Shown piece after piece: positions 53,062-61,707 of a stretch of DNA of 64,000 bases (position 1 is the stretch's first letter; each line of letters begins with the position of its first letter). The position numbers and the translations under genes are program-made. Under the pieces are notes generated by a model that did no database searches, had not been told where the DNA came from, and was given only the letters and a program-made list of their open reading frames with translations. The stretch lies in assembly GCA_963665115.1 (NCBI GenBank), contig OY762007.1, forward strand, positions 2,432,001-2,496,000, written 5' to 3'. This stretch comes from an uncultured Rivularia sp. (lineage in GTDB: Bacteria; Cyanobacteriota; Cyanobacteriia; Cyanobacteriales; Nostocaceae).

Positions 53062-55407
53062 TTATGATTTGATATTTTCTTGCAGAAATTGACGAATCTT
53101 ATTAATATTAAAAGATTGTGCAAATAAATTTAGTTCGGAAACAAACTGTTGATATTCTCGATCGATTTCTGCAATTCTATCTAATTCCTTTTGAATCCCT
53201 TTTATTTTACCCTGTTTAGCAAATTCTAATAGCATTGTTAATTCTGAAATTGGCGGAATAATTATTTTATTTTTAGGAGGTGCTTTTGATGGTATTAATT
53301 TAATATTTTCTTCAACGCTATAACGCCAAGTAAGATTTAATTGTTTTGCTAATATACGATACAATTCGTTTGATTTAACAGGTTTGTTTAAAAAGTAGTT
53401 TGCTCCTGCTTGCATAGCTTTTTGATTTTCGTTATCGGATGTACTCACAGAGCAAAAGAAAAATAAGGTATTTTCTAGTTGTTCCAACTTGCGAATTTCA
53501 TAAAGCATTTTCCATCCATGCATAATGGGCATTTTTATATCAGAAATAATTAGATCTGGTTGATATTTTATTGCTTTCTCTAAACCATCTTGTCCGTTTT
53601 CTGCTTCTATTAAATCAAAGCCAATAGTTGATAATAGATTAATAAATAAAGAACGATTTTCCCATCTGTCATCTACAATTAAGATTTGCTTTTTCTTACC
53701 GATATAACCGATAATTCTGCCGGTACGGGTAATGCTGCTTGTTCCTGTCCAATCGTCAGCAACAGGACATTCTATTTCAAATTGAAATACACTTCCCATC
53801 TCTAATTCACTTTTGACTATAATTTTACTATTCATCATCTCGATTATTTTTTGACTCAAAGCCAATCCCAGCCCCGTACCTTCTGATTTGTTTTTGGTTG
53901 TACCTAATTGCTCAAAAGGTGAAAATATTTTATCTATTACTTCGGGTTTCATTCCTATTCCAGTATCTTCAATATGAAAAAGCAATCTTACTGTTTCTGA
54001 AAGAGACTCTTTTTTTATTTCTAATACCTCTACTTGTAAAGTTACGCAGCCTTTTTCGGTAAATTTAATAGCATTACTAAGTAAATTTATTAATACTTGT
54101 CGCAATCGTCTTTTATCGATGTTAATTCCAGATGGTAAATTCTCTGGAGTCAAATAGATAAAGCTCAACCCTTTTTGTTCGGTTTTGATACGGCATATTT
54201 CTACAACTTCTTGTAAAAAAGAAGGAAAATGAAAATCACTAGTGTGAAGCTTAATTTGATGCGCTTCTATTTTTGTAAAATCGAGAATATCGTTGATTAA
54301 AGTTAATAAGTGCTTGCCGCAACGATGAATAATTTCTATACCCCGCTGTTCCTTTTTCGAGAGATTCGGGGAATTTTGAATGATTTGGGTATAGCCTAAA
54401 ATACCGTTTAAAGGCGTGCGAAGTTCGTGACTCATATTTGCCATGAATTCGCTTTTCGCATAACTTGCTGCATCGGCAGATATTTTGGCTTCTTCTTGTT
54501 TTTGAATATTAATTTTTATCAGATCGAAAAGCTGGTTTACGGAAGCTGCAAGTTTTTTTGCTTCTATATTTCCGATGATGGATAATTGTAGATCGTAGTT
54601 TGCTTCTTCTAAAGCTTTTTCTGTGACTTCAGTAACTGTTGAAATCGGTTTAACAATCATGCGACTGCTGTAAATAGCGATAACAGAAGCGAGAGTTAAA
54701 GACAAAATCAAACTCATAATTGTAATTACTGAACGCAGCATTTGCGTTCGACTCAAATTAACTTCTGCTTTTTGTTCCTGCCCTTTTAGAGATTCGACAA
54801 AAACTTGCAACTCATCTACAAATTTCAGCGTTTCAATTCGAGAATTGCTTGCTACCAAATTAGCAGCTAGCCGTTGTACCTTAATCTCTTGCGTTCTTAA
54901 CTGATTCGATTCAATCTGTTTTAAAGTCTTTTTAGAGTCTTGAGCAAATTTTTCTAAACTATCGTTATACTTATTCAATTTTTGTTTAAAATTTACTGAA
55001 GCATCCGTATTAACTTGATTCAGTAATTCTTTAAAATTATTTACTCTACTAATCGCCTGTTGAAACTCCTGGGGTTTTTGTAGATAAGGATAAACATCGC
55101 TAATGAGTTGTAAACTTAGAGTTGTATTTAGCAAGCTATTTAACAGTGTTAATTCTTGACGAATATCTTTTCTTTCTTGATTTGCTCGATCAACCAAAGA
55201 ATTTCCTACACTCAAACCAAGGCCAGTACCCCCGACAGTAATACCCAGCGCAACAGCATATCCCAGAAAAATCTTTTTTTGTAGAGTGAGACGATTAGTT
55301 ATCCAGGTAACGGGCTTAAATGGCCATCCCGATGAAATCCAAGAAGCTGTTTTGTGCTTCTGGGTATCCGGTTGAGAAATTTGATGCTCTGAAGAAGGAT
55401 AAGTCAT
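53062..55407 (-). CDS. Membrane hybrid sensor histidine kinase/response regulator
   Basis: Two TMs, MSHELRTPLN, NLLSNAIKF, DTGIG, GTGLGL, receiver ILIVDD..SDIKMP. Confidence 0.93.
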   Translation of the reverse strand: MTYPSSEHQISQPDTQKHKTASWISSGWPFKPVTWITNRLTLQKKIFLGYAVALGITVGGTGLGLSVGNSLVDRANQERKDIRQELTLLNSLLNTTLSLQLISDVYPYLQKPQEFQQAISRVNNFKELLNQVNTDASVNFKQKLNKYNDSLEKFAQDSKKTLKQIESNQLRTQEIKVQRLAANLVASNSRIETLKFVDELQVFVESLKGQEQKAEVNLSRTQMLRSVITIMSLILSLTLASVIAIYSSRMIVKPISTVTEVTEKALEEANYDLQLSIIGNIEAKKLAASVNQLFDLIKINIQKQEEAKISADAASYAKSEFMANMSHELRTPLNGILGYTQIIQNSPNLSKKEQRGIEIIHRCGKHLLTLINDILDFTKIEAHQIKLHTSDFHFPSFLQEVVEICRIKTEQKGLSFIYLTPENLPSGINIDKRRLRQVLINLLSNAIKFTEKGCVTLQVEVLEIKKESLSETVRLLFHIEDTGIGMKPEVIDKIFSPFEQLGTTKNKSEGTGLGLALSQKIIEMMNSKIIVKSELEMGSVFQFEIECPVADDWTGTSSITRTGRIIGYIGKKKQILIVDDRWENRSLFINLLSTIGFDLIEAENGQDGLEKAIKYQPDLIISDIKMPIMHGWKMLYEIRKLEQLENTLFFFCSVSTSDNENQKAMQAGANYFLNKPVKSNELYRILAKQLNLTWRYSVEENIKLIPSKAPPKNKIIIPPISELTMLLEFAKQGKIKGIQKELDRIAEIDREYQQFVSELNLFAQSFNINKIRQFLQENIKS

Positions 55408-55691
55408 TCGTCTGACAGCGTTTGCACCGATATATGGAATTTGCGCGGTTAATTACATGATTCCCAAAATGCAACTCAGAATTGTCATTATTTTTAACGA
55501 ATTACCTCTTTAGGGCTACTTTTTCGGCTATTTACATCCGCTGAATTAACCTAACGTTCAATATTTCAGCACTGTGGCGACTTACACAAAAATGATTTTT
55601 CCCCTTGTCGTATCGTTCCCCGTTGTTGCATCTGCCATCGATAAAGTATCATGCAACAAATAACTATTACGGCTCTGTCACCTCTAATTTT

Positions 55692-55985
55692 ATGGATAAC
55701 AATATAAGAATTTGGTTCATTTGCTTCGTAGTGCTATTTGCTTTATCACAGCTATTCGATTGGGTACAGCAGCTTTATTTACCTTTACCTATCTATATTT
55801 TAGGTGGAGCATTTTTGGCAGTTGCTTCAAATTATGAAAAGCTTTTCGGTAGTTATCTGGGCGAATATTCAGGTGAAAATAATACTCAACAGCAATTAGA
55901 TGCTGCTTCTCAACCTGAAGTATCAAGCTATGAGGATGCTTATCAATCTGAGGAAGTTGAAGAATTAGAGATTAGGGAATTGTAA
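55692..55985 (+). CDS. Small membrane hypothetical protein
   Basis: RIWFICFVVLFALSQLFDW...PLPIYILGGAFLAVASN, acidic tail. Confidence 0.65.
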   Translation: MDNNIRIWFICFVVLFALSQLFDWVQQLYLPLPIYILGGAFLAVASNYEKLFGSYLGEYSGENNTQQQLDAASQPEVSSYEDAYQSEEVEELEIREL

Positions 55986-56010
55986 AAAGAAGTAATACTT
56001 AAAATAAAAT

Positions 56011-56361
56011 TTATTTAGCTTTGTTTATGTAAGAAATATATTCAACAAAACAAAATCCAGCGACTAAACCAGTAATTACCGCACCAATAATTACTCCTTT
56101 CATTAGACTAAATTTTCTTTGTCTTTTACAGCTTAGAATTAAAGGAATAACGTATAAAAGTTGATATAACCATACAGCACTAATACCGAGAGCAAGAGGT
56201 TCGTATCCTCTACCGAGCGGCAAATTAGAATTATCTGCTAGAAAAGCAAAAAAATACATTCCTAAAATACTAAGAATAAAGTTAGTTGATAATACTAATA
56301 AAATTCCCCCGATAATTGTCAACCAATCGTTACTGCGAGGATTAGGATTTCTGTTTGACAT
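56011..56361 (-). CDS. Small 3-TM membrane protein, paralogue B (C-terminal G-x-C)
   Basis: QLLYVIP...KRQRK...KGVIIGAVITGLVAGFCF; 12 bp after paralogue A. Confidence 0.8.
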   Translation of the reverse strand: MSNRNPNPRSNDWLTIIGGILLVLSTNFILSILGMYFFAFLADNSNLPLGRGYEPLALGISAVWLYQLLYVIPLILSCKRQRKFSLMKGVIIGAVITGLVAGFCFVEYISYINKAK

Positions 56362-56373
56362 GGTTTTATTCTG

Positions 56374-56679
56374 TCAACGTATAAATATCAAAAAGCAGCC
56401 ACCATTTACTAACGCTGTAATTACTGCACCAATAATTACTCCTTTTACGATGAAATTATTGCGTTTACGTTTAAGCCAAATACAAACTGGAATTACGTAT
56501 AGCAGTTGCAATAGGAACAATCCGCCAAGCGCAAAGAAAAAACCTAAAATGGTATAGCCACCATAAATCATCTGTAAAATATAGCTAATCACAAATATTA
56601 TTAAGATTGCTAAAGCGTGCATTCCAATTAGTAATAAGAGGCCTTGAATAACTCCCCTAATTTCATTTTGTTGCGACAT
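56374..56679 (-). CDS. Small 3-TM membrane protein, paralogue A (C-terminal G-x-C)
   Basis: QLLYVIP...KRKR...KGVIIGAVITALVNGGCF; 22 bp after the radical SAM gene. Confidence 0.8.
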   Translation of the reverse strand: MSQQNEIRGVIQGLLLLIGMHALAILIIFVISYILQMIYGGYTILGFFFALGGLFLLQLLYVIPVCIWLKRKRNNFIVKGVIIGAVITALVNGGCFLIFIR

Positions 56680-56701
56680 AGTTATTTAGTTAAACTGATT
56701 A

Positions 56702-58114
56702 TTAATTCCGATTATTAACTAAATCATACCCCGCGCTACCTTCGCGATAAAACATATTAAAAGTATCAAAAGGAATAATTCTACCGTCGGGGTGTACGAT
56801 GTGAATGCAGGAACGTTTTACCGATCGCACATCAAAGTTAAAAGGATCGAGAAACTGCACAACCATCACCCGAAAGATATTTGAATAATTCAATCCTGCG
56901 GGTACGTTAACCATCGGCAAACAACACAAAAGCTGTTTTAATGAAGTTGCAGCGGAAGCTGGTGAATGACTTGTAGAAAACAACTCAAAAATCTTACTTT
57001 TTAACTCTTCATTCTGTTCGTAAAGTACGCTATTTGGCATCATTTCCACAAACGCTTCCGGATTAACTAATCCAGTTAAAGGTATTACTTTACCATTCAG
57101 TTTCAATGCATATCCCATAGCCAAACAATCGGGATGACAGGGAACCGGAAGAATATCTTCTGGTTTAAAATATGGACTTTGTTCTAAAATAGATCTGCGA
57201 ACTTCTGTAAGCGTATATCTATCAGTTTTCGGGTTAAATCCTGACAATCTTCCCGCAGCTTGTATCGGTTGAAAAGTTACACCGCGAACGCATTTTTGCT
57301 GCAATCCGTATTCGATGATTTTACCGATTTCACCGTCATTTAAACCTTTTTTGACGGTAACAACCAAAGTTGTAGAAATATTATATTTATTTAGTTGCGC
57401 GATCGCCTTTTCTCTGACAATTCGCAAATCCGCTCCCCGCAACTCTTGTAGAGCTTCCGCTTCAAAGCTATCAAACTGTAAATATATCTCAATTCCCGGT
57501 ATATATTGGGAAAGACGCTCGCAAAAAGCTTTATCTTGAGCAATTCTCACACCGTTAGTATTAATCATCAAATGCTTTATCGGTTTGCTTTTGACAATAT
57601 CTAATATTTCAAAAAACTCAGGATGAATAGTAGGCTCACCACCGCTCAACTGCACAATTTGCGGTTCCCCTTCATTTTCTACAACCGCATCAATCATGCT
57701 TTCAATTAGTTTTAAACTGCGATGTTTTCGAGGTTGATGGGAATCCGAAAACTCTTCCACACCAGAATCAGCATAACAAATTGGGCAAGAAAGATTGCAT
57801 TTATCAGTAACTTCGATTAAAGTCAAACAGCTATGTTGTTCGTGATCTGGACAAAGCCCGCAATCGTAAGGACAACCGTATTTTATTGGTGTATTAAACC
57901 GTCTGGGAATATCACCCGGCTTAATAAACTCCAGACACTTTTTATAATATTCAATATCGTCAGCAATTAAAACCTCTTCCCTTCCATGAGTGGGACAATG
58001 TTTAACTAAATAAACATAATCATCCTGAAAAATAATTTTTGCTTCCACCTTAACAAGACACTTTGAACAAACACTATTAGTCAAAGCATAGAAAAGATAA
58101 TTACGACTAGGCAT
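56702..58114 (-). CDS. Radical SAM enzyme, MJ0619/Tes (GDGT-MAS)-like architecture
   Basis: CSKC..CPTH, CPYDCGLCPDH, CNLSCPIC, SGGEPT, NTNG, YLQFD, FQP, PCHPDC, FLDPFNFDV..VKRSCIH..PDGRIIPF. Confidence 0.85.
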   Translation of the reverse strand: MPSRNYLFYALTNSVCSKCLVKVEAKIIFQDDYVYLVKHCPTHGREEVLIADDIEYYKKCLEFIKPGDIPRRFNTPIKYGCPYDCGLCPDHEQHSCLTLIEVTDKCNLSCPICYADSGVEEFSDSHQPRKHRSLKLIESMIDAVVENEGEPQIVQLSGGEPTIHPEFFEILDIVKSKPIKHLMINTNGVRIAQDKAFCERLSQYIPGIEIYLQFDSFEAEALQELRGADLRIVREKAIAQLNKYNISTTLVVTVKKGLNDGEIGKIIEYGLQQKCVRGVTFQPIQAAGRLSGFNPKTDRYTLTEVRRSILEQSPYFKPEDILPVPCHPDCLAMGYALKLNGKVIPLTGLVNPEAFVEMMPNSVLYEQNEELKSKIFELFSTSHSPASAATSLKQLLCCLPMVNVPAGLNYSNIFRVMVVQFLDPFNFDVRSVKRSCIHIVHPDGRIIPFDTFNMFYREGSAGYDLVNNRN

Positions 58115-58286
58115 GGATAAAAGTTAGGAGTTAGGAGTTAGGAGTTAGGAGTTGGGGATGGCGCATCGGGCATGGGGCATAGTTAAGAGTTAGGAATTAA
58201 GAGTTAGGAATGTAGTGGGAGCGTCTCGCTCCCTTGAAAAAAATTCCCTGCCCCTCTCCCCCATCTCCCCCTCCCCATCAGCTTCC

Positions 58287-58856
58287 CTACTCCTTCTCCC
58301 CATTTGAGACAAGCTCTGAAAGTATATTTCCGGTCAAATCTAAAAGCTGATCTAGTAATAATCCGATAGCACCAATACAGATTATACCTTCAATAATGTC
58401 ATCAACTTTACTTTGTTTATAAGCATTCCAAATGATAAAACCTAGCCCTTGATTAAGAGTCAACATTTCTATGGCGATCGCACTAAACCAAGCAATCCAA
58501 ACTGCAAATCTTAAACCCTCAAATATATGGTTAATTACTAATCTAAAGTTTCTTCCTTGTTTACGTCCATGTCGTATTCCTTTAGCAGTATTAAGAATAA
58601 TTGACCAAATGGCGCTAAAGAAAACAATTACAATTGCCGCAGCTTCAGCTTCTTTAAAAATGATTAGGGCAATCGGCAGTAAAGCGATAGGAACAATAGT
58701 ATTTGGTACTTGAAGTATCCATTTACATATTTGATAAATAATTCTATTTAAACCAATTAAATAGCCAATCAAAATACCTAAAACAACAGCAGAAATATAG
58801 CCAACAAGTAATAATTGCAAGCTAGATAAAAGATTAAAAAAAATACTTCGTTCCAT
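58287..58856 (-). CDS. NrtB/SsuC-like ABC permease-type membrane protein, shortened
   Basis: GILIGYLIG, IVPIALLPIAL, W.IILNTA.G, IFEGLR, AW...IAIEML..GLGFIIWNAY, IGLLLD. Confidence 0.7.
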   Translation of the reverse strand: MERSIFFNLLSSLQLLLVGYISAVVLGILIGYLIGLNRIIYQICKWILQVPNTIVPIALLPIALIIFKEAEAAAIVIVFFSAIWSIILNTAKGIRHGRKQGRNFRLVINHIFEGLRFAVWIAWFSAIAIEMLTLNQGLGFIIWNAYKQSKVDDIIEGIICIGAIGLLLDQLLDLTGNILSELVSNGEKE

Positions 58857-58859
58857 TAT

Positions 58860-59609
58860 TTAAGATTTTATGCGGAACATTTTAGGGATAGTGCGACGAT
58901 AATACAAAATTGCCATGAGACAAGCTGTTTGAATTGCACTTAATCCTAAAAAGGCATGAAAATCTGGTTTAATAAAATCTATCAGGAAGCGAAAGGTTAA
59001 ATAAGAGATGAAATAAAATTGAAATAAATCGCCTTGTTGGTAGTTATAGCGACTGCGAAACCGTATAAATATAGCTAAAACAATTAAAAAAATAATTTCA
59101 TATAGCTGCGTTGGATGTCGTGAAATGCCATCGCCAAAATCTATACCCCAAGGTAAATTGGTCGCAATTCCGTAAGTTTTATCGCTCAAACCAGTTAAAA
59201 AACAGCCAATTCTACCGATAGCAGTTCCCGCAATTAAAGGGTAAACAAATACGTCACCAGTTGACTGCTTGACACCGATAATTTTTTTAGTAATTTCTAC
59301 ACCAATTAATCCACCCAACAAAGCACCGACAACAGTTTTACCCTGCAAAAATAGGAATAAAAATTGTTGTCTATCTTGCCATAATAAATTAATGTGCTGT
59401 AGTAAAACCAGCAACTTCGCACCCAACAAAGCCCCTAACATTCCACCTACAACCACAGAAGAACGTTGAGTCGTAGAAATCGAATCTTGACGAACATTAC
59501 GCAACATCAAACGAAACGCCACAGTATAAGCCAAAGACTCGAATAAAATATGTGGATGAATTTTAAAAAAGCCAAGAGAAATATAAATTGGGAATTGGGA
59601 ATTAGGCAT
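58860..59609 (-). CDS. Prolipoprotein diacylglyceryl transferase (Lgt)-family paralogue
   Basis: GAKL, GRIGCFLTG, LPWG, RHPTQLYE, Y..FRFLIDFIK. Confidence 0.85.
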   Translation of the reverse strand: MPNSQFPIYISLGFFKIHPHILFESLAYTVAFRLMLRNVRQDSISTTQRSSVVVGGMLGALLGAKLLVLLQHINLLWQDRQQFLFLFLQGKTVVGALLGGLIGVEITKKIIGVKQSTGDVFVYPLIAGTAIGRIGCFLTGLSDKTYGIATNLPWGIDFGDGISRHPTQLYEIIFLIVLAIFIRFRSRYNYQQGDLFQFYFISYLTFRFLIDFIKPDFHAFLGLSAIQTACLMAILYYRRTIPKMFRIKS

Positions 59610-59690
59610 TGGGCATTGGTAATTGGTAATTGGTAATTAGTAATTTTCCCCTTGTCTCCTTGTCCCCCCCATCCCCCCATCCCCCATCTC

Positions 59691-60287
59691 TTATTTCCCC
59701 ATCTTCCGTTTCATCTCATCCAACTCTGCTTCAGTTTCCCAACGAAGGAATTTTTCTTCTAAATCATCGTAGGTGTTAGAACTGGAGTTAGGATTAGAAT
59801 AGGTGCTACTTGCGCTCCACCAGCCAGTATCTGTGTCCATACGTTGTTGTGATTGAGCTTTTGTACGTGCTGCTTGCGCTTGTGTGGCTTTGGTTTGTAC
59901 TTCTTGTCGCCGTAATTGAATTTTTCGATATAATTCTTTGGCTTGGGTAATGCGTTCTTTTACACCTTGCATTTGCCCCCAAAGCTGGTTGCCTTGTCGC
60001 AATAATGCTGCTTCTCTTTCTTCCGCTTTTGCCGCTAAATCTTCTCTGCGAGCATTTTTCGCTTTTTGTACGCGGATATGCCATCTTTGGATTTCTTGCG
60101 CTGTAGACAATACTTCGTCTTGCTTGCGCTTTTCCTGTAGCTGCAAATCTGCGATTAATTTTAGAGTATCTTCTTCCTGCTCCCGTAACTGCTCCAATAG
60201 CGCATCTAGTTCCAAATGCGGGTTATTCCGCAGGAATTCTTCCAAACGACTTTCCAGAAACTTGCTCAAATCGTCAAATAAGCCCAC
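59691..60287 (-). CDS. Cyanobacterial PspA/IM30-like coiled-coil protein (TIGR04376-type)
   Basis: MGLFDDLSKFLESRLEEFL amphipathic N-terminus, W..R..KA...REDLA..A, DDLEEKF..WE.EAELDEMK. Confidence 0.75.
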   Translation of the reverse strand: MGLFDDLSKFLESRLEEFLRNNPHLELDALLEQLREQEEDTLKLIADLQLQEKRKQDEVLSTAQEIQRWHIRVQKAKNARREDLAAKAEEREAALLRQGNQLWGQMQGVKERITQAKELYRKIQLRRQEVQTKATQAQAARTKAQSQQRMDTDTGWWSASSTYSNPNSSSNTYDDLEEKFLRWETEAELDEMKRKMGK

Positions 60288-60573
60288 TTTGCCTTAACTC
60301 CAAACGGATTCGTAATTAAATTTATTGTAATGATTATTATCGGTAATGCGAAAGGAGTTGTTGTAAGTTTTGAGTCAGTAATTAGTAGTTAGTAATTATC
60401 TTCCCCTTATCCCCCTATCCCCCATTTTTCCATCCTGGGTAATAGTAATTAGTCAACCCCAGGTTAGATAAACAAGTTTATTAAATCATTTAATATAACT
60501 GTACTTATTAATTGCAATAGCGATTTAGGTATATTTATATCCATTTTATTTATGTATTCGGTCGTATATAAAA

Positions 60574-61707
60574 ATGAAAATAGCAGTATTAGGACATAGA
60601 ACTTTTCCAATTAGCGAACCTTTTGCAGGAGGATTGGAACGTTTTATTTATACATTAGTACGGGGTTTACAGGGCAAAGGATGCGATGTCACTTTGTTTG
60701 CACATCCAGATTCAGATGCAAGTCTTAATATTGCTTCGACTTCTTTTATAGATACTTCTTTTTGTACTACTTCAGAAGAAAAATCCCATGAGTCTTTTTT
60801 GAGCATCATGGATTATTTAGATTACGATGATTTTGATATAGTTCATAATAACTCTTTAAATTATTTTCCTATAGTTCTATCAGATACTATCAATACTCCA
60901 TTAGTAACTACGCTGCATACTCCACCCTTTCCACTACTTTCCAGCGCTGTCAAGCATCGAAAACGAAGAGGGAACTATATTTCTATTTCTAAATTCAACG
61001 CCGAAAGTTGGGGTTTAAATGATGGATTATCAAAAGTAATTTACAACGGTGTAGATGCCGATTTTTTTTCTTTTGCTAACAATAATTCACAAGATTTTGC
61101 AGTTTGGACGGGACGAATTATTCCTTGTAAAGGTACTCATTTAGCAATTGAAGCAGCGAAAAAAGCAAATATAAACTTGGTAATAGCAGGTCCAATTTGC
61201 GATTCCGAATACTTTGAAAAAGAAGTGAAACCTCATTTAAATGAAGGAATACAATATGCGGGACATTTAGGTAAAAATGAACTTGTATCGCTAATACAAA
61301 GCGCTTCCGTATGTTTATGTACGCCTATTTGGGCGGAACCCTTTGGCTTGGTTGTAATTGAAAGTCTGGCTTGCGGTACCCCGGTAGTTGCTTTTAACCG
61401 TGGAGCTATAGCAGAAATTATTGACGAAAATACTGGAATATTAGTAACTCCAGATGATACAGATGCTATGGCACGTGCAATAAAACAGGCTAAATATATT
61501 TCTCGATATGCCTGTAGAGAAAGAGTTCTCAAACATTTCAGTATTGAGGCAATGCTGTCAAATTATTTGCAAGTTTTTGAACGTATAGCAAACACTCGTA
61601 TCAAAAGACAAAAATCATGCACATCGGCTACTACATCCATTCTCACGGCAAGGGGGGACACTTACAAAGGGCGCAGGAAATTGCAAAACACATTAAATCG
61701 GACGTAA
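60574..61707 (+). CDS. Glycosyltransferase family 4
   Basis: EPFAGGLE, VHNNS, TLHTPP, GRIIP.KG, WAEPFGLVVIESLACGTPV. Confidence 0.92.
   Translation: MKIAVLGHRTFPISEPFAGGLERFIYTLVRGLQGKGCDVTLFAHPDSDASLNIASTSFIDTSFCTTSEEKSHESFLSIMDYLDYDDFDIVHNNSLNYFPIVLSDTINTPLVTTLHTPPFPLLSSAVKHRKRRGNYISISKFNAESWGLNDGLSKVIYNGVDADFFSFANNNSQDFAVWTGRIIPCKGTHLAIEAAKKANINLVIAGPICDSEYFEKEVKPHLNEGIQYAGHLGKNELVSLIQSASVCLCTPIWAEPFGLVVIESLACGTPVVAFNRGAIAEIIDENTGILVTPDDTDAMARAIKQAKYISRYACRERVLKHFSIEAMLSNYLQVFERIANTRIKRQKSCTSATTSILTARGDTYKGRRKLQNTLNRT

Noticed and set aside
56702..58114. RiPP maturase (SPASM) or MoaA assignment
   Set aside because: No SPASM Cys spacing, no soluble precursor peptide or RRE, and the N-terminal metal motifs match the MJ0619/Tes type.
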